From Andalucia godoyi And28 (Eukaryota; Protista; Jakobida), in NCBI GenBank assembly GCA_009859145.1, contig VRVR01000003.1:381315-445314 (forward strand): a stretch of 64,000 bases of DNA. Direction: 5' to 3'. The position numbers were made by a program, and so were the translations under genes. Positions 31,931 through 43,754 of the stretch are shown here, piece by piece (within the stretch, counting starts at the first letter, position 1; every line of letters starts with the position of its first letter). The notes beneath the pieces were generated by a model. It worked only from the letters and a program-made list of their open reading frames with translations. It searched no databases and was not told the DNA's origin.

Positions 31931-34900
31931 ATGGCGTTTTTGAGCACAGGGCCACTTGGATCTTCGTTTGAACCACTACCACAGGAGCAGGAGCAAGAAC
32001 CACACCAGCAGTTGTTGTCACTTGTTCCTGGTCCGTTGTTTCGGTATGTTGATTTCACGCCGATTTCGAAAGCAGAGTATGATAATCCGTCTATTCGAAA
32101 GCGGAATAGCACGATTGATTCGCGAAGAGATGCGCAGTCGAGGTTCTCTCCAGAGCCCGTAATGACCTTTCGGTTGCACAAGAATGAGATCAAGCTTATT
32201 CGTTCTACTTTGGAAGCGCATGGGTTCTTGTCTGTTTCGAAAATGCAAAACAAAAAGGCTGGTGCTGAGGATAAGAAAAGAGGTCAAGGATCGCTGCCGG
32301 TTGGTACCAGTGGGGAAGGGTGTTGGGATTGGAACGTCATGTGGACGGTGTCGCATCTAAAGCCGTATTCGTTGCAGTCCATGCTTCGATTTCAAAAGGT
32401 GAACCACTTTCCGCGGACGTACGAAGCGACTCGAAAGGACAAGCTGTATCGAAACGTGCACAGAATGCAGCAGTTGCATGGGCGCTCGTTTGACTTTATT
32501 CCCAAAACGTTCATCCTGCCTGCGGAAATCAACAACTTCTACGAGGAATTCGCAAAGCTCACGGGTGCTCAGCAGGGATTTTCAACGTCTGCGCTGATGC
32601 ATGGCTCGCCGTCCCGGCGGTTCCGAGACCGGGAACTCGAGCATATGCGGGCTGCCTCGGACCCCTATCCAACTTGGATATGCAAGCCGTGGGCATCGTC
32701 ACAAGGAAAGGGGATCTTTCTTGTCAATGATCCTGATTCTATTCCGTCAGACCTTCAATGCATTGTTTCACGGTACGTATCGAATCCCTTGCTGATCGAC
32801 GGGTTCAAGTTTGATTTGCGAATCTACGTCGCAGTCACGTCATACGAGCCCTTGCGCATCTACGTCCACGAGGATGGGCTCGCAAGGTTTGCGACGACTC
32901 CATACAGACACCATCCCAGAAATCTCGGCGCCCTGCGAATGCATCTTACAAATTATTCCATCAACAAGAGTGCAGATACGTTTGTTCAAAATACAGATCC
33001 GGACGTGGATAATGTAGGAAATAAGTGGTCCTTGCGAGCATTGTTAGAACACTTGCATGACAAGGGATTCGATGATGCTCAGATTTTCACTGATATAGTG
33101 GACATCATCGTCAAGACAATTCTGTCGATTGAGACGCATGTTGGAGTGGCGACGAGAATGTTTCAGCCGCACCGCGGCAATTGTTTTGAATTATTTGGAT
33201 TTGATATCATGATCGACGACACTCTCAAACCATGGCTGATGGAAGTGAATCTCAGTCCGTCGCTGGCATGCGAATCGCCGTTGGATCTCCGCATCAAGTC
33301 TCGTGTGATATCGGATCTGTTCAACTTGGCATGTATTCGCAAAGTCGATCGCGCTTCCGAAATGGATCGTGAACGCGGCAGCTTGGCTTCTGGCGCAGCT
33401 CCGCCTAGAAAGCTGCACTCTTCTAGCGGACGACGACCGACGACGAATTCTTCTCCTGTTCGACGGCAACGAATACCAGGTGCGCAAACTTTTGAAGAAT
33501 ACACTGCTGACTTGCAAGTGGAGGAGAGACGGATTCTGAGGGAGAGCATTGACGAATATCAGAGAAGAGGAGGATTCTTGAGAGTGTATCCTTCCGATGG
33601 AACACAAATCTACAACAACTACTTTGAAATGCGCCGGCCGCTAAATGATCTCCTTCACGATCGGTTGATCACGCTGGAAAAACTAATGTATCCTGTTCAA
33701 AGCCGATTGAGCATGCTTGATGCCGAAAAAGACTCTGACAGTGACAGTGATGGCGGTGGGGGTGGCGGTAGCGTCGACGGAAGTGATCACAGCGACTCCG
33801 GTTGCGAGGAAAACTGTCCGTCTCCGACTGTGCGCCGCAACAATGCCCAACGAGCTACTTCATTTTCACTCACGCCATCCCGTCCTGGATGCGATCCGAT
33901 TTCCCCTGGGGCGGCGCAACCCGCTCTGGCATTCCAACGAAGTCCGCGAATGCTGCATTCCTCAGCCACTGTTCGCAGCGGCAATTCTATCGTGCAGTGC
34001 GAGACCTCGGAAGAAATCATTGATAATTCGTTGCCGTCGTCGCACGAAGCCTCCGTGGCTTCCTTGTCTGCGGCGAAAAGCAGTGATTCAGCCGTGCAAC
34101 ACCGGCATGATGGCATTCGGGATTTCACGGAAAAGATTGAGCAGTTCGCAGGATCGTTCTCCCATGCGGATGGATCGCCCCGAGCAATCCTAGCAATTTC
34201 GCAGAATGGGTTCCAGCCAAATGCTCCGAAGATGGTGATGAATCAGACGTTTTGGAAATCCTCCTCGGTGTCTGCGAATTCCAGACACCACACAAGTCTT
34301 GCTGCTGGTTCGTATCATGACGTTACTGCTGCTGGTTCGCGCGACCCGTTTGGAAAATCATTTGTTCCGGAAGCGTCACTGCCCGTTTCGTCAAAGCCTG
34401 GTTCTTCCTATTCGCCAACAAGAACCGGAAGTCCTTCCCGTAATGCCGCAGGTCGATCTGCTCCGCATTCCGGTTCTCTGCTGAAGGACTCCCCATATGC
34501 GTCTCCTGTTGTTACAATGTCGGCCGCTGACAGGAGTTTGTCTTCCCGCATGTCACGACGTTCGAATTACTTGACTCGTGCGCCCCAGCTCTCTTCGAAG
34601 ATCCAAGAGATGAGATCGCGGGATCTGCTGGGGAAGCGATCTCAGAGTGCAGGGGCCACTGCTTCGTCAACTGCTGTTCCGTCGTTTTCCTCTGCTTCAC
34701 CACAGGAGCAAGTCATCAGACCGCGGGCCGCAACTCCGTCAACGTCAGCGGCTGTGCGACAAGTGCATGTCTCCAAGTCGCTCCCTGTGACAACAGTCTC
34801 ATCATCACCACCACCACCACCAACAGCAACCTCGAATGATGTGGATGGCTCCTCTGGCTTTTCGAGAACTCCATGTGCGAGCTTCATGCCACGATCTCCG

Positions 34901-34948
34901 GGACCCGTTCCTCGAAAGACACTCATTCCGCGATCTGGCTTGCGCTGA
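31931..34948 (+). CDS. Tubulin polyglutamylase, TTLL4/5-like
   Basis: QKVNHFPRTYEATRKD, WICKPWASSQGKGIFL, KFDLRIYVAVTS, HLTNYSINK, FELFGFDIMID and EVNLSPSL motifs, then a long disordered tail. Confidence 0.92.
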   Translation: MAFLSTGPLGSSFEPLPQEQEQEPHQQLLSLVPGPLFRYVDFTPISKAEYDNPSIRKRNSTIDSRRDAQSRFSPEPVMTFRLHKNEIKLIRSTLEAHGFLSVSKMQNKKAGAEDKKRGQGSLPVGTSGEGCWDWNVMWTVSHLKPYSLQSMLRFQKVNHFPRTYEATRKDKLYRNVHRMQQLHGRSFDFIPKTFILPAEINNFYEEFAKLTGAQQGFSTSALMHGSPSRRFRDRELEHMRAASDPYPTWICKPWASSQGKGIFLVNDPDSIPSDLQCIVSRYVSNPLLIDGFKFDLRIYVAVTSYEPLRIYVHEDGLARFATTPYRHHPRNLGALRMHLTNYSINKSADTFVQNTDPDVDNVGNKWSLRALLEHLHDKGFDDAQIFTDIVDIIVKTILSIETHVGVATRMFQPHRGNCFELFGFDIMIDDTLKPWLMEVNLSPSLACESPLDLRIKSRVISDLFNLACIRKVDRASEMDRERGSLASGAAPPRKLHSSSGRRPTTNSSPVRRQRIPGAQTFEEYTADLQVEERRILRESIDEYQRRGGFLRVYPSDGTQIYNNYFEMRRPLNDLLHDRLITLEKLMYPVQSRLSMLDAEKDSDSDSDGGGGGGSVDGSDHSDSGCEENCPSPTVRRNNAQRATSFSLTPSRPGCDPISPGAAQPALAFQRSPRMLHSSATVRSGNSIVQCETSEEIIDNSLPSSHEASVASLSAAKSSDSAVQHRHDGIRDFTEKIEQFAGSFSHADGSPRAILAISQNGFQPNAPKMVMNQTFWKSSSVSANSRHHTSLAAGSYHDVTAAGSRDPFGKSFVPEASLPVSSKPGSSYSPTRTGSPSRNAAGRSAPHSGSLLKDSPYASPVVTMSAADRSLSSRMSRRSNYLTRAPQLSSKIQEMRSRDLLGKRSQSAGATASSTAVPSFSSASPQEQVIRPRAATPSTSAAVRQVHVSKSLPVTTVSSSPPPPPTATSNDVDGSSGFSRTPCASFMPRSPGPVPRKTLIPRSGLR

Positions 34949-35015
34949 GTTTTATGTGGTATAGATTGCTCAATGAAAACCGGCTACTTACACTGTAAAT
35001 CAAAAAAATGAATAT

Positions 35016-35146
<131 letters not shown>

Positions 35147-35187
35147 CTGTGCTACTTCGACAACAGTTGAGGGGCAGACAATATATA

Positions 35188-36585
35188 TCAGTCTACCCCG
35201 AGACCGTCAAGAGCGGTGAAATCGGCGTATGAAGTGCAGCTTGTTACAGCGCCCGGCGTCGTGGCAGTCGAGCAACAGCCTAGCAATGCAGACGCGATGC
35301 ACATTCCACAAAGCTTCACTGGGGTTGCGCCTTTCCAGAAGAACAAAAAATCAGGATCCGACACCTCTGCGGTCGGTAGGAACACCGTTACACAAAACGG
35401 TTGGACAATATTGAACGCGGCAGCCTTGGAATTGCTGCTGTCGAGCGCAGGCGGAACCTCCGCGTAAGACGAGTCGACAGAGATGGAGCGAGTTCGGACA
35501 ATGACACTCTCGTCAAACATACCGCGCTCTTGACTCGGATGCAGCAAGTCTGTACTGGACGTGCTGTTGGCGGCACTCGCGCGGCTCGAGATCGAACAAA
35601 AAGAATACGAGGTCTCTTGGTCCACTGACCGCTCGGTCGTTGGCCTTGAGAGTCCCGAGCCATCCACTACGCAAATAGAGCCACTCGCGTAAATGTCAGA
35701 CTGCTGGATCCACAAACTGTCCAGGTTGGACTTTAAGTTTGAGCGTAAACTGTGCGGCTCTGCAGCCAGCTCTGGCATGTCGGTGTCATCACGGTGCTTT
35801 GCGTGAGGCTGAGAGGGATCAAACGTATTCGCGATGAAGGCCTTTTGTATGTGGTCCGGCATCTGAACCGAGAGGCGCAAAGACTTGGTGCGGATCGACT
35901 CGGCCATTACAACGGCGGATAGATGCCCGCAGACAACACGAATGCAGCCCAATCGCAGCCCGTACATATCAAACGTCTGCGTAGAATCCGGAAGCACTTC
36001 AAACACGTCCACAACATCGCGTTCTTCAAAGGCGTATACTTCATCGATGAACACACCGGCGGGGCACTTGAATTTTTGTCCAGCAAGGGTTGTGTGATTC
36101 AGCACGTTCGGCGGCACCTCTGCGCTGCAAAAGGCAACAGAGTTTTGCAAGCTGCGACCGGAAACATCATCGAATGTGGACGCACCACCTCCCTGGCACT
36201 CCGTTGCATTGCTGCATGAATCGTCATGCTCATACACTCCACCGCAACAAGGACCGACGGCGGGTGGAGAGCGCGACGAAACATTGCCGGCTCTTCGCGA
36301 TCGCGAACACGACACTATCGCAATTTTCCGATATTCCACATGGAGGAAAAGTCGAAACGCAGTGTTATTTCGCATTTCAACAGATAACGTTCCTTCGCGC
36401 CGCGGCAGCTGCGGTACCAATCGACAACTCGAACGCATTGAGGCCATTAATAGGTAGTCATGAAGCTTCTTCGATACTTTAGGTCGCGACGCTCCTGCTG
36501 TGATGCCGTCGTTGGCGCGCTCGGGAGAAACTGGAACCGACGCCAGGTTCCCGTGAATCCCTGATTTTGATGCGCCGCAGCCCAT
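35188..36585 (-). CDS. Hypothetical protein with N-terminal dual-acylation motif (MGCGASK)
   Basis: Long ORF. The ATG at 36585 gives MGCxxS, a myristoylation/palmitoylation consensus. No recognised domain. Confidence 0.7.
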   Translation of the reverse strand: MGCGASKSGIHGNLASVPVSPERANDGITAGASRPKVSKKLHDYLLMASMRSSCRLVPQLPRREGTLSVEMRNNTAFRLFLHVEYRKIAIVSCSRSRRAGNVSSRSPPAVGPCCGGVYEHDDSCSNATECQGGGASTFDDVSGRSLQNSVAFCSAEVPPNVLNHTTLAGQKFKCPAGVFIDEVYAFEERDVVDVFEVLPDSTQTFDMYGLRLGCIRVVCGHLSAVVMAESIRTKSLRLSVQMPDHIQKAFIANTFDPSQPHAKHRDDTDMPELAAEPHSLRSNLKSNLDSLWIQQSDIYASGSICVVDGSGLSRPTTERSVDQETSYSFCSISSRASAANSTSSTDLLHPSQERGMFDESVIVRTRSISVDSSYAEVPPALDSSNSKAAAFNIVQPFCVTVFLPTAEVSDPDFLFFWKGATPVKLCGMCIASALLGCCSTATTPGAVTSCTSYADFTALDGLGVD

Positions 36586-37180
36586 GGTCTTTTTATAATT
36601 TGCTGTACCAGCAGACAAATATTCAGAGAAGGAACAAACCTGTTCGTGTGCGTGTACTACTGCTTATTCTTACTATTCTTCCCGGTGAATTGAACTAGTA
36701 ACAGGGAGCAGCGAGCCAGACAAGAAGATTCCGAGAGAAAAGACGAACGTAAGCCCGTTTTGTGAAGTGCTTTCGACAAGAGAAAACTCGCCCCGAGGAC
36801 AAAAAGAGACTTGTGAAAACGTTTCGAGAGCAAGCAATGCCTGTCGGTCCCTTCCACGTCGAAGCAAACGGAGCAAACGTGTCTTTGCAGCTGGACAAAC
36901 CTCCGTGCACGTACACATGCAATAGATCCGTAGCGCTGCCCGAATAGCTACTGCTCGCATTCACGATTCCAACTCACTCGATTTGGCTGTGGACTGGAAA
37001 CATCATATCATCAGTCGAGGCTGCCGGCGCTGGAAGCCCATGCAGTCAAGACAGCCTGGCAAGCAGATGCAAGTGGACTTGACCCCATTCAGACAAACTA
37101 TTCCATTCAAAGGCGTTTTGATGTCCTACAGACCTGCACGGCTGTGTGCTTTGTGTACCAATCATCGGTTTTTTTGAACG

Positions 37181-37721
37181 CCAAACAATACGATTTTCTT
37201 ACCGTTGTCACGTCTAGTATTTCTTTCATTCTGTTTTTTTCTGTTTGTTCGTTTTTTTAATAATCGAACCCTCAAGCAGACAAAGCATCTCATGGCTCCA
37301 GAGAGGGATCTTCCCAGCAAACGCAACCCGGCCATGCTCGAAGATGCCGAAACCCAAGAAACCTGTTGATCCCTCTCATCGCACTTGCTGAGCAGAGCGG
37401 ATGATCATCTAATCACGAAAGATGTGATCGAATTGCGTTCGGAATGCGCCTTTCAAGTCAGAGAACAAGAAGAAGCAAGGGCAAATGCGTCGTCAGGCGC
37501 AATGTGCAATACCGCCGACCACGTTCTGTTTTCCTCCAACATTCATCTTTGGAATGCTGAATCGAGTGGGGGGAATGTATGGTGGCTGCGATGACCCTTT
37601 GACTGCATGGAAGAGTTGGTGCTCGCCCCCTCAAATAAAAGCCAAACCTGTGGCTTGGTTCTGTCTTCAGTGACAGCTTAGACGATGATGACCGATAATG
37701 ATTCATGTTTTTGGCGAGCGG
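37181..37721. repeat. Dispersed ~550-bp repeat, copy B
   Basis: Direct-orientation copy of 24331-24878. Its left part also matches the inverted segment at 31517-31568. Confidence 0.95.
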
Positions 37722-37860
37722 CTGAGGGCTTTCAACTTTCCCGGGAATGCGGAGAGAGAGAGAGAGAGAGAGAGGAGGAGGAGGAATTGATTAATTGCAC
37801 AACAATTTCGTAAACTGGCTTTATCTCGTCTTGTTTTCTGCATATGTGCATCTTGCGCGA

Positions 37861-38895
37861 TTATGGCTTCTTTGGGGTGGTTTTGACCAAGGCGGACGGA
37901 GTTGGAGATTTCGAGTTTGCGACGTCGGCGAGCTCTGCAGCACGCTGCTGGCTGATGGATGGAGTAGGCGTTGTGGACGTTGAGGAGGTCGACGTAGAAG
38001 TTGCGGATGGCCCCCAGGGCTTCCTGGCATCTGTCGCCACAATTGATCTGTAGTCTTCCAGGAAATTTCCAACTTGTGCCAGCTGTGCAATGACGTCCGA
38101 CTCTTTTGCATTCAGATTCAGCACGGTAGATTTGCAAACACGCTGGAAGATGTTGTCGATCGACATCAAGCACGCACCCAGGGCATACATGTCTGATCGC
38201 AAGGTGTGCTGGGTAAGATCTGCATGCTGCTGCGCCAGCTTTGCCTTGTCCTGCTGCGATTCGAATCCTTTCTGTAAAACTTCGATTCGCGTATTTTCGG
38301 AAAGAAGAGTGTTCAGCCGCAGCTTTCGAATCTTTTCGTACTCGTGCTCGGTCTGCGTAAGCCCGTCGTCCAGCTTCTTCTTCCTCGACACGAGATACTC
38401 TTCGGTCTTCTGCAGAATCGTGCATCTTTGCACCACATCCCTCAAATCGTTGAAATCCTCGTTGCGCGACCGAACGAACATTTCCAGATACTGATGGTAC
38501 TTTCCGATCTTTGCGATTTCTTCCTCAGACTGTTTCTTCTCACTCAGCAAGTCGTTGTATTTCCCTCTAAGCTCGTCGACTTCTTTGACTCGGACTGCCG
38601 TTGCGACCATTTCTTCATTAATCTTTTTGAGCGCCCTTGCTCTCTTTGTCTCGTTATCACGAATAAACTTGTCATATTTGATGATGTTCTTCTGGAGCTC
38701 TTCTCTCTTTCCGTTCAACCACCGCTCTCGCTCTGCCATGGTTTCAATTCTGTGTTCTGTTTCCTTCCTCTTTTCTTCCAGCTCACAATCCAGATCCTGC
38801 GCTTCCCTGCGCTTCTCCAAAAGCCGAGTCGACTCGGAAAAATGCAGTCCGTTCATTAATCGCTCTGCTTCATCCTTGTTTCTTTTATCAGTCAA
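37861..38895 (-). CDS. CFAP73: Coiled-coil flagellar protein, CCDC42/CFAP73 (DUF4200) family; 5' end uncertain
   Basis: TRLLEKRRE...ELEEKRKE...KREELQKNIIKYDKFIRDNETKRARALKK is the typical family signature. First in-frame ATG is at 38856; an upstream exon is possible. Confidence 0.75.
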   Translation of the reverse strand: MTDKRNKDEAERLMNGLHFSESTRLLEKRREAQDLDCELEEKRKETEHRIETMAERERWLNGKREELQKNIIKYDKFIRDNETKRARALKKINEEMVATAVRVKEVDELRGKYNDLLSEKKQSEEEIAKIGKYHQYLEMFVRSRNEDFNDLRDVVQRCTILQKTEEYLVSRKKKLDDGLTQTEHEYEKIRKLRLNTLLSENTRIEVLQKGFESQQDKAKLAQQHADLTQHTLRSDMYALGACLMSIDNIFQRVCKSTVLNLNAKESDVIAQLAQVGNFLEDYRSIVATDARKPWGPSATSTSTSSTSTTPTPSISQQRAAELADVANSKSPTPSALVKTTPKKP

Positions 38896-39179
38896 CGATC
38901 GATTTTGCGGAATCGGCTTCTGTCATTCATTAAACACAGACCCAGAACAAAAAAAGAAAAAAAAGAAAGATAAATTTCAGATCATTCAAATAATTCCAAA
39001 AAACAAAAACAAAAATAAAAGACCTGGCAGTCAGCACGACCAACATGATGAAAGACGTTGTTGTTCTGAAACGCATACATGGAATGCTGAACTGTCAGCA
39101 GGTGGCTGTGGTAGTGGTTGTATTACTGCTGCTGTGAACGAAACTGATTTCTGCATCTTCTGCAAGCACGACGGTATTG

Positions 39180-39182
<3 letters not shown>

Positions 39183-39256
<74 letters not shown>
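39183..39256. repeat. (CT)n microsatellite
   Basis: Perfect CT array. Confidence 0.98.
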
Positions 39257-39263
<7 letters not shown>

Positions 39264-39805
39264 TCGATCGATTGTGTGAATCTAACGTGTATACGAAACA
39301 CAGAAACAAGAATGACTTCAAACGATTGTCATCTTTATCAACGACTCCACACTTCCAAGCACCGTAGGGGGGAAATTGTGAGCTGTTGTAAGGGGATACC
39401 CACTCCCTATGAATCTGCTTGGACCAACTGTTCCGAAAGCCCACAACGCTCCTCTTCCTTTTCCGGAAGAGGTCGTTTCGCCAAAATGTCAGGTCAGCGT
39501 TGAATTTGCGACTCGGGGATAATTGGATTGAAAAATCGAATATCGGAGCCACAGAAGAAACTTGCAAGTTGCATCTGGACAAACGGCCAGCAGACATAGA
39601 CAAGTACGCAGAGAGTATTTTTTTTAATAAAATAATTTCTTAAATTGGGTTTTGGTTTTTTTTTTGGTTTTTTCTCTCTTGGTTTTCGTTCTTTTAAATT
39701 GTTGTTGTTTTCACGCTCCCTTGGTTGATAATTTCCAATCCTCGCTTCTTACTTGCTTGGTCGAGATTTTTCCTCCCGAAAGTGCAGCAGCAACGAGGAT
39801 TGATC

Positions 39806-42085
39806 ATGAGCGATCCTGGCCGTGCTCACAATTCTTCTCCTCCACGATATTCGGTGGCGGGATACCCCTCAAAATATGCAACTTCGATGAAACCGGCTCC
39901 ATTGCGAGGTATGCATTCTTCATTTTCTTCAACTCGACAATCCATTTCTAATTCATATTTTTGCAATTAACTCTGTATATTTACGGGGATTTCAATTATA
40001 ATGCGGGTTGCAAACAAGCATGGATCAGATCTTAATTCGACGATTCCGCACACGGTTTTGGGACTTAGTCGAACTGGCGAAGCATTTCATCGGTTTAAAA
40101 GCACGGTCTCTGATGAAACAGAAGTTAAGAAAAGAACGGATTCTTCGTTTGTTTCGACCTCAGAGTCAGGGAGCTCGGTGCATAAACCACTGCCATTTCT
40201 TACAAGACGGGCGCAGGTACACGCGCGAAGTCGATCCGAGGTTGTGATGGATGCTCGGCGATTGCGCATTCCTGATATCTCCTATGACTTGGACGGCGAT
40301 GGGGTTGTTGGACCGACGGATTTCTTCATTGCGCGGCAGTTCGACGGAAATCACGATTACAAGTTGGATCCAGAAGAGCGAAAGCGGGCACTGGTGAGGG
40401 TGTCAGAAGGTGCCTTTGACCATGTGTTGCCTAATCCAAAATCAGTTCGATTGGCTTCCAAACAGCAAACCGAGGAATTGATGGAAAAGACGATGCAGAG
40501 CGATGATAGGCCCGGTTCTGCGCATTCTGGATCGCGAGTCAAGCTGCTTGATTTACGAAGAGTGGCACAAATGAAGGAAAACGACGATCTAGAACGGTCA
40601 TACTCCGCAAGAATGGATCGGTTACGCGAGCAGATTGCGAACGGAACGATCAGTCTTACCAGTCGCCCAACCACTTCATCTTCCGATACTGGAAGCCTTC
40701 GGCGAACAAGATCCGATATGATCGACGCAAGAAGGGCGTCTGCGAGAGTCTTGAGCGGAATGCAGGCGGAAAACTCGGAAATCAACTTGGAGCGTCCGCA
40801 TTCGCCACAGGGCTCGTATGTCCCGGATCCTGAAAAGACATCTCGGCTTGAAATGCTTGCACTCCAGAAAGAGAAACATAGAGAGGAGGTGGTCCGGACG
40901 GTGTTTGGAGAGAAAGCGCACTTGCTGCTTACAAAGTCGGTGAAGATTGCAGACCCACCAGTGGTTCCTTCGCCTCCTGCTCGTCCGCGCTCGGCAGCAA
41001 TGGTACCGCCTCTTTTGTTATCGAGAGAATTTCAGGCGGCATTTACGGATGGCGAAAAGGAGAATAATTTTACGAGCTCCGGTGCGTCATCGGAACGAAG
41101 TCGTGCTACAGGTCCAGGTCCTGCGCCGTTCAATGACCGTCCTCCGCGAACAGATCGACCGTCTGTTGCGGACAGCAGGCGAAAAAAGTATTTTGAGGAT
41201 GTTGCTCTCAAGGTGACTGCAGTGCAACCAGAAGACAGAAGGCCAGTTTCTGCACCGACACATGGTCGAAGCTCTCGGTTCAGCAAGAGCATTGCAAAGG
41301 GCGAGCAGCCGCCTGCCGAACCGCAAGTCAGCGGCGAGTTTAACCAGCCGATGTTCAGTTCGTTTTCCAAAGATGGGGTCTTTTCTCCTCGTCCACTCAG
41401 TGCACGCTCCTGCGTTTCGCCGTCCTCGAATGGCGCGGGCTCTCGGCCCGGCTCTTCGGCGACAGCATCGATTGCGAATTCCAGCAGGCCGCCCACCGCC
41501 AACAGCATTGGACGAACAGGCTCTTTCAACGAAAGAACATTCGACTCGACTCCTACTTCTTTTGACGTCGGATCTTTCGTGCCCGCACCGCCGTCTGTTG
41601 TTGGGGACGCACTGTCGCAGGTTGGCTTGGCCCGACCACCTTCATCTCCACGTGTTCGCTCGTCCCAGGCGATTCATTACATCAATTCAGAAGGCGGACC
41701 TACTGAAATTGCCGTTCGTCAACCGGATCCTCTATCAAGGACCGTGCAGGAACATCTCAGCAAATCCAACTCGCTTCTTGCGATGCATACGCCTGCATCC
41801 GTGTCTTCGCACTTGCATTCGTCGTTTTCTGCTGGAAGTCTGCATTCATCATCGGTGATGATTCCGGTTCGAGAACCCGAGAAAGCACCTGGCTCTTTTG
41901 TATCCGCTTCTTCTTCGTCAACATCTATGCTGAATCCGACTCCGCCTCCGTTGTCTGCGCGTTCTGGAAGCCCAAGTCGTGGCAAGCCGTTTGTCCGCAC
42001 TGGAGGCTTCAATCGCAGCAGTGCGAACGTCCCGATTGCTACCGGAATTGCTGTTCCATGCCCACCGCAGCCCGTACTTTCATAG
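39806..42085 (+). CDS. Hypothetical protein with EF-hand-like pair and long disordered tail; exons 39806-39908, 40029-42085
   Basis: The phase-1 GTATGC..CAG intron joins in frame (MSDPGRAH...PAPLRDLNSTIP). YDLDGDGVVGPTDF and FDGNHDYKLDPEE are EF-hand-like loops. Confidence 0.7.
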
Positions 42086-42773
42086 CGCGATTTTCCTTGC
42101 TTGCGTAGTTGCACTCTTTCTTTCTTTCTTTCCTTCCTTCCTTCCTACCTAAGACTACTACTACTACTACTACTATTACTACTTTCTACTTCTTCTCTTT
42201 TTCTCTCATTTTGTTTTTGCTTTTGTTTTTGAATAGAGCGCGTGCGCACTTGCACAGACAGCCTTGAAATGATGTTGCCATTTGGTTATCTTTTCCATCA
42301 TTATTATCTTAGAATAGTTATTTGAGTTTTGAGTTTTTGTTGTTGCATGGATTGTTTTTTTGGTTTGCCTTACGCTAGACCCGGTAGTACTATCGGCCTA
42401 CACACCACTCTTGATGGTTTTTATTGTTGTTTTGGGTTGTTTTGCACACACTCTCCACTGCTAGCCGAAAGCGTGATATCCAATAATAAAAATATTAATA
42501 ATTTTGTTTTAATTAAAAATTAAAAAAAGTAAAATTGTTTGTCCAAAAGGAAAGTCCGAACAAAAACCTGTCTGCAAACATGCAGCCATGTAAAGCTTGT
42601 GCTTCCTTCCTTCTTTCTTCCTGGATGTGTTTCTTCCTTCACACTGGGGATGCCGACACGCCACAGACGAGGACCTTCTGTCGAGGCTGACGTCGCAGGT
42701 CGTGAAAAGCCGGGTGGGTCGATAAACACCTCCTTCATATACAACCACAAAATCTATTTCTCCTTTCTTTCAT

Positions 42774-43754
42774 TTACTGCTTCTTTGCAATTTGCTGCAC
42801 GGAAATCATGAGTCGCGCCAGCATGGCATCCATCTGCAGCGGAGAATCGACACCCTCTGCGACTCGGGCGTGTGTAGCAGCGATTTCTCGGATGAAGGCC
42901 AACTTCATTTCCTCATTGTAATCGTTTGAATTCTTCACAACCCGGAAGAACGTCTGCACCATATCCATCGCCGAGTATCCCTTCGACAGCAAAGCATGCA
43001 TCAGATCGTAAGCTCCACACAGGTCACCAATCTTGCAGCATTCAATCATCTTGACCACCGTCTTCGGATGTGGCTGGTCTGCCACTCTGTAAATGTTCTC
43101 CGATGTGATGACGCCAAGTCCAGCAACGCAAGACTGCATCACGTTCATCGCACCACGCAGATCCCCATCCGCGACTTCCAACAGCGACTTTAGCCCGTCG
43201 TTTGTGTACTGCACCTTTTCCAACTCCACAACCTCCATTATTCGCTTTAGCATTTCCACATCGGACAGTCTCGAATAGCGCAGAATAGCGCATCGCGACT
43301 GGATCGGTTCGATGACCTTGCTCGATGTGTTGCAAGCCAATGCAAACCTGGTCGTTGGTGCATAGATTTCCATAATTCTTCGCAACGCCTGCTGCGCTTC
43401 CGTGGTCATTGAATCGGCCTCATCAAGAATAATAACTTTGTGAACGCCAACAGGAAGCGTAACTTTCTTCTGAGCGAAACTCTTCACCTTGTTTCGAATA
43501 ACATTGATTCCTCGATCGTCCGATGCATTAAGCTCCAGCACAGCTTCCTTGTAAGAATCACCCAACATCGCTCGCGCAAGACACAGTATCGAAGTCGTCT
43601 TTCCAGTCCCAGGAGGTCCAGAAAGAATCAAATGAGGCATGTTCCCTTCTCGTGCAATGATCCGCAATCGAGAAACCGCTTCCTCATTGCCCACTACATC
43701 CTCCAGCGTCTGAGGCCTGTACTTTTCAATCCACGGCTGGCTTCCACTGCTCAT
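42774..43754 (-). CDS. RFC2: Replication factor C small subunit (human RFC2/yeast Rfc4)
   Basis: PWIEKYRP, SGPPGTGKTT, LELNASDDRG, IILDEADSMT and SRC motifs; 326 aa from the ATG at 43754. Confidence 0.96.
   Translation of the reverse strand: MSSGSQPWIEKYRPQTLEDVVGNEEAVSRLRIIAREGNMPHLILSGPPGTGKTTSILCLARAMLGDSYKEAVLELNASDDRGINVIRNKVKSFAQKKVTLPVGVHKVIILDEADSMTTEAQQALRRIMEIYAPTTRFALACNTSSKVIEPIQSRCAILRYSRLSDVEMLKRIMEVVELEKVQYTNDGLKSLLEVADGDLRGAMNVMQSCVAGLGVITSENIYRVADQPHPKTVVKMIECCKIGDLCGAYDLMHALLSKGYSAMDMVQTFFRVVKNSNDYNEEMKLAFIREIAATHARVAEGVDSPLQMDAMLARLMISVQQIAKKQ

Noticed and set aside
37292-37680. Repeat core read as a selenoprotein or UGA-readthrough ORF (ATG GCT CCA...TGT TGA...CGA TGA...TAG)
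   Set aside because: Copy A has an extra in-frame TAG, no convincing SECIS element is visible, and TGA is an ordinary stop in real genes here (NEK, TTLL, FANCJ).
39569-39584. 15/16-nt match to 36885-36900 (LHLDKRP versus LQLDKPP) as a fourth family member
   Set aside because: A single 16-mer with one mismatch is expected by chance at this window size, and the flanks do not align convincingly.
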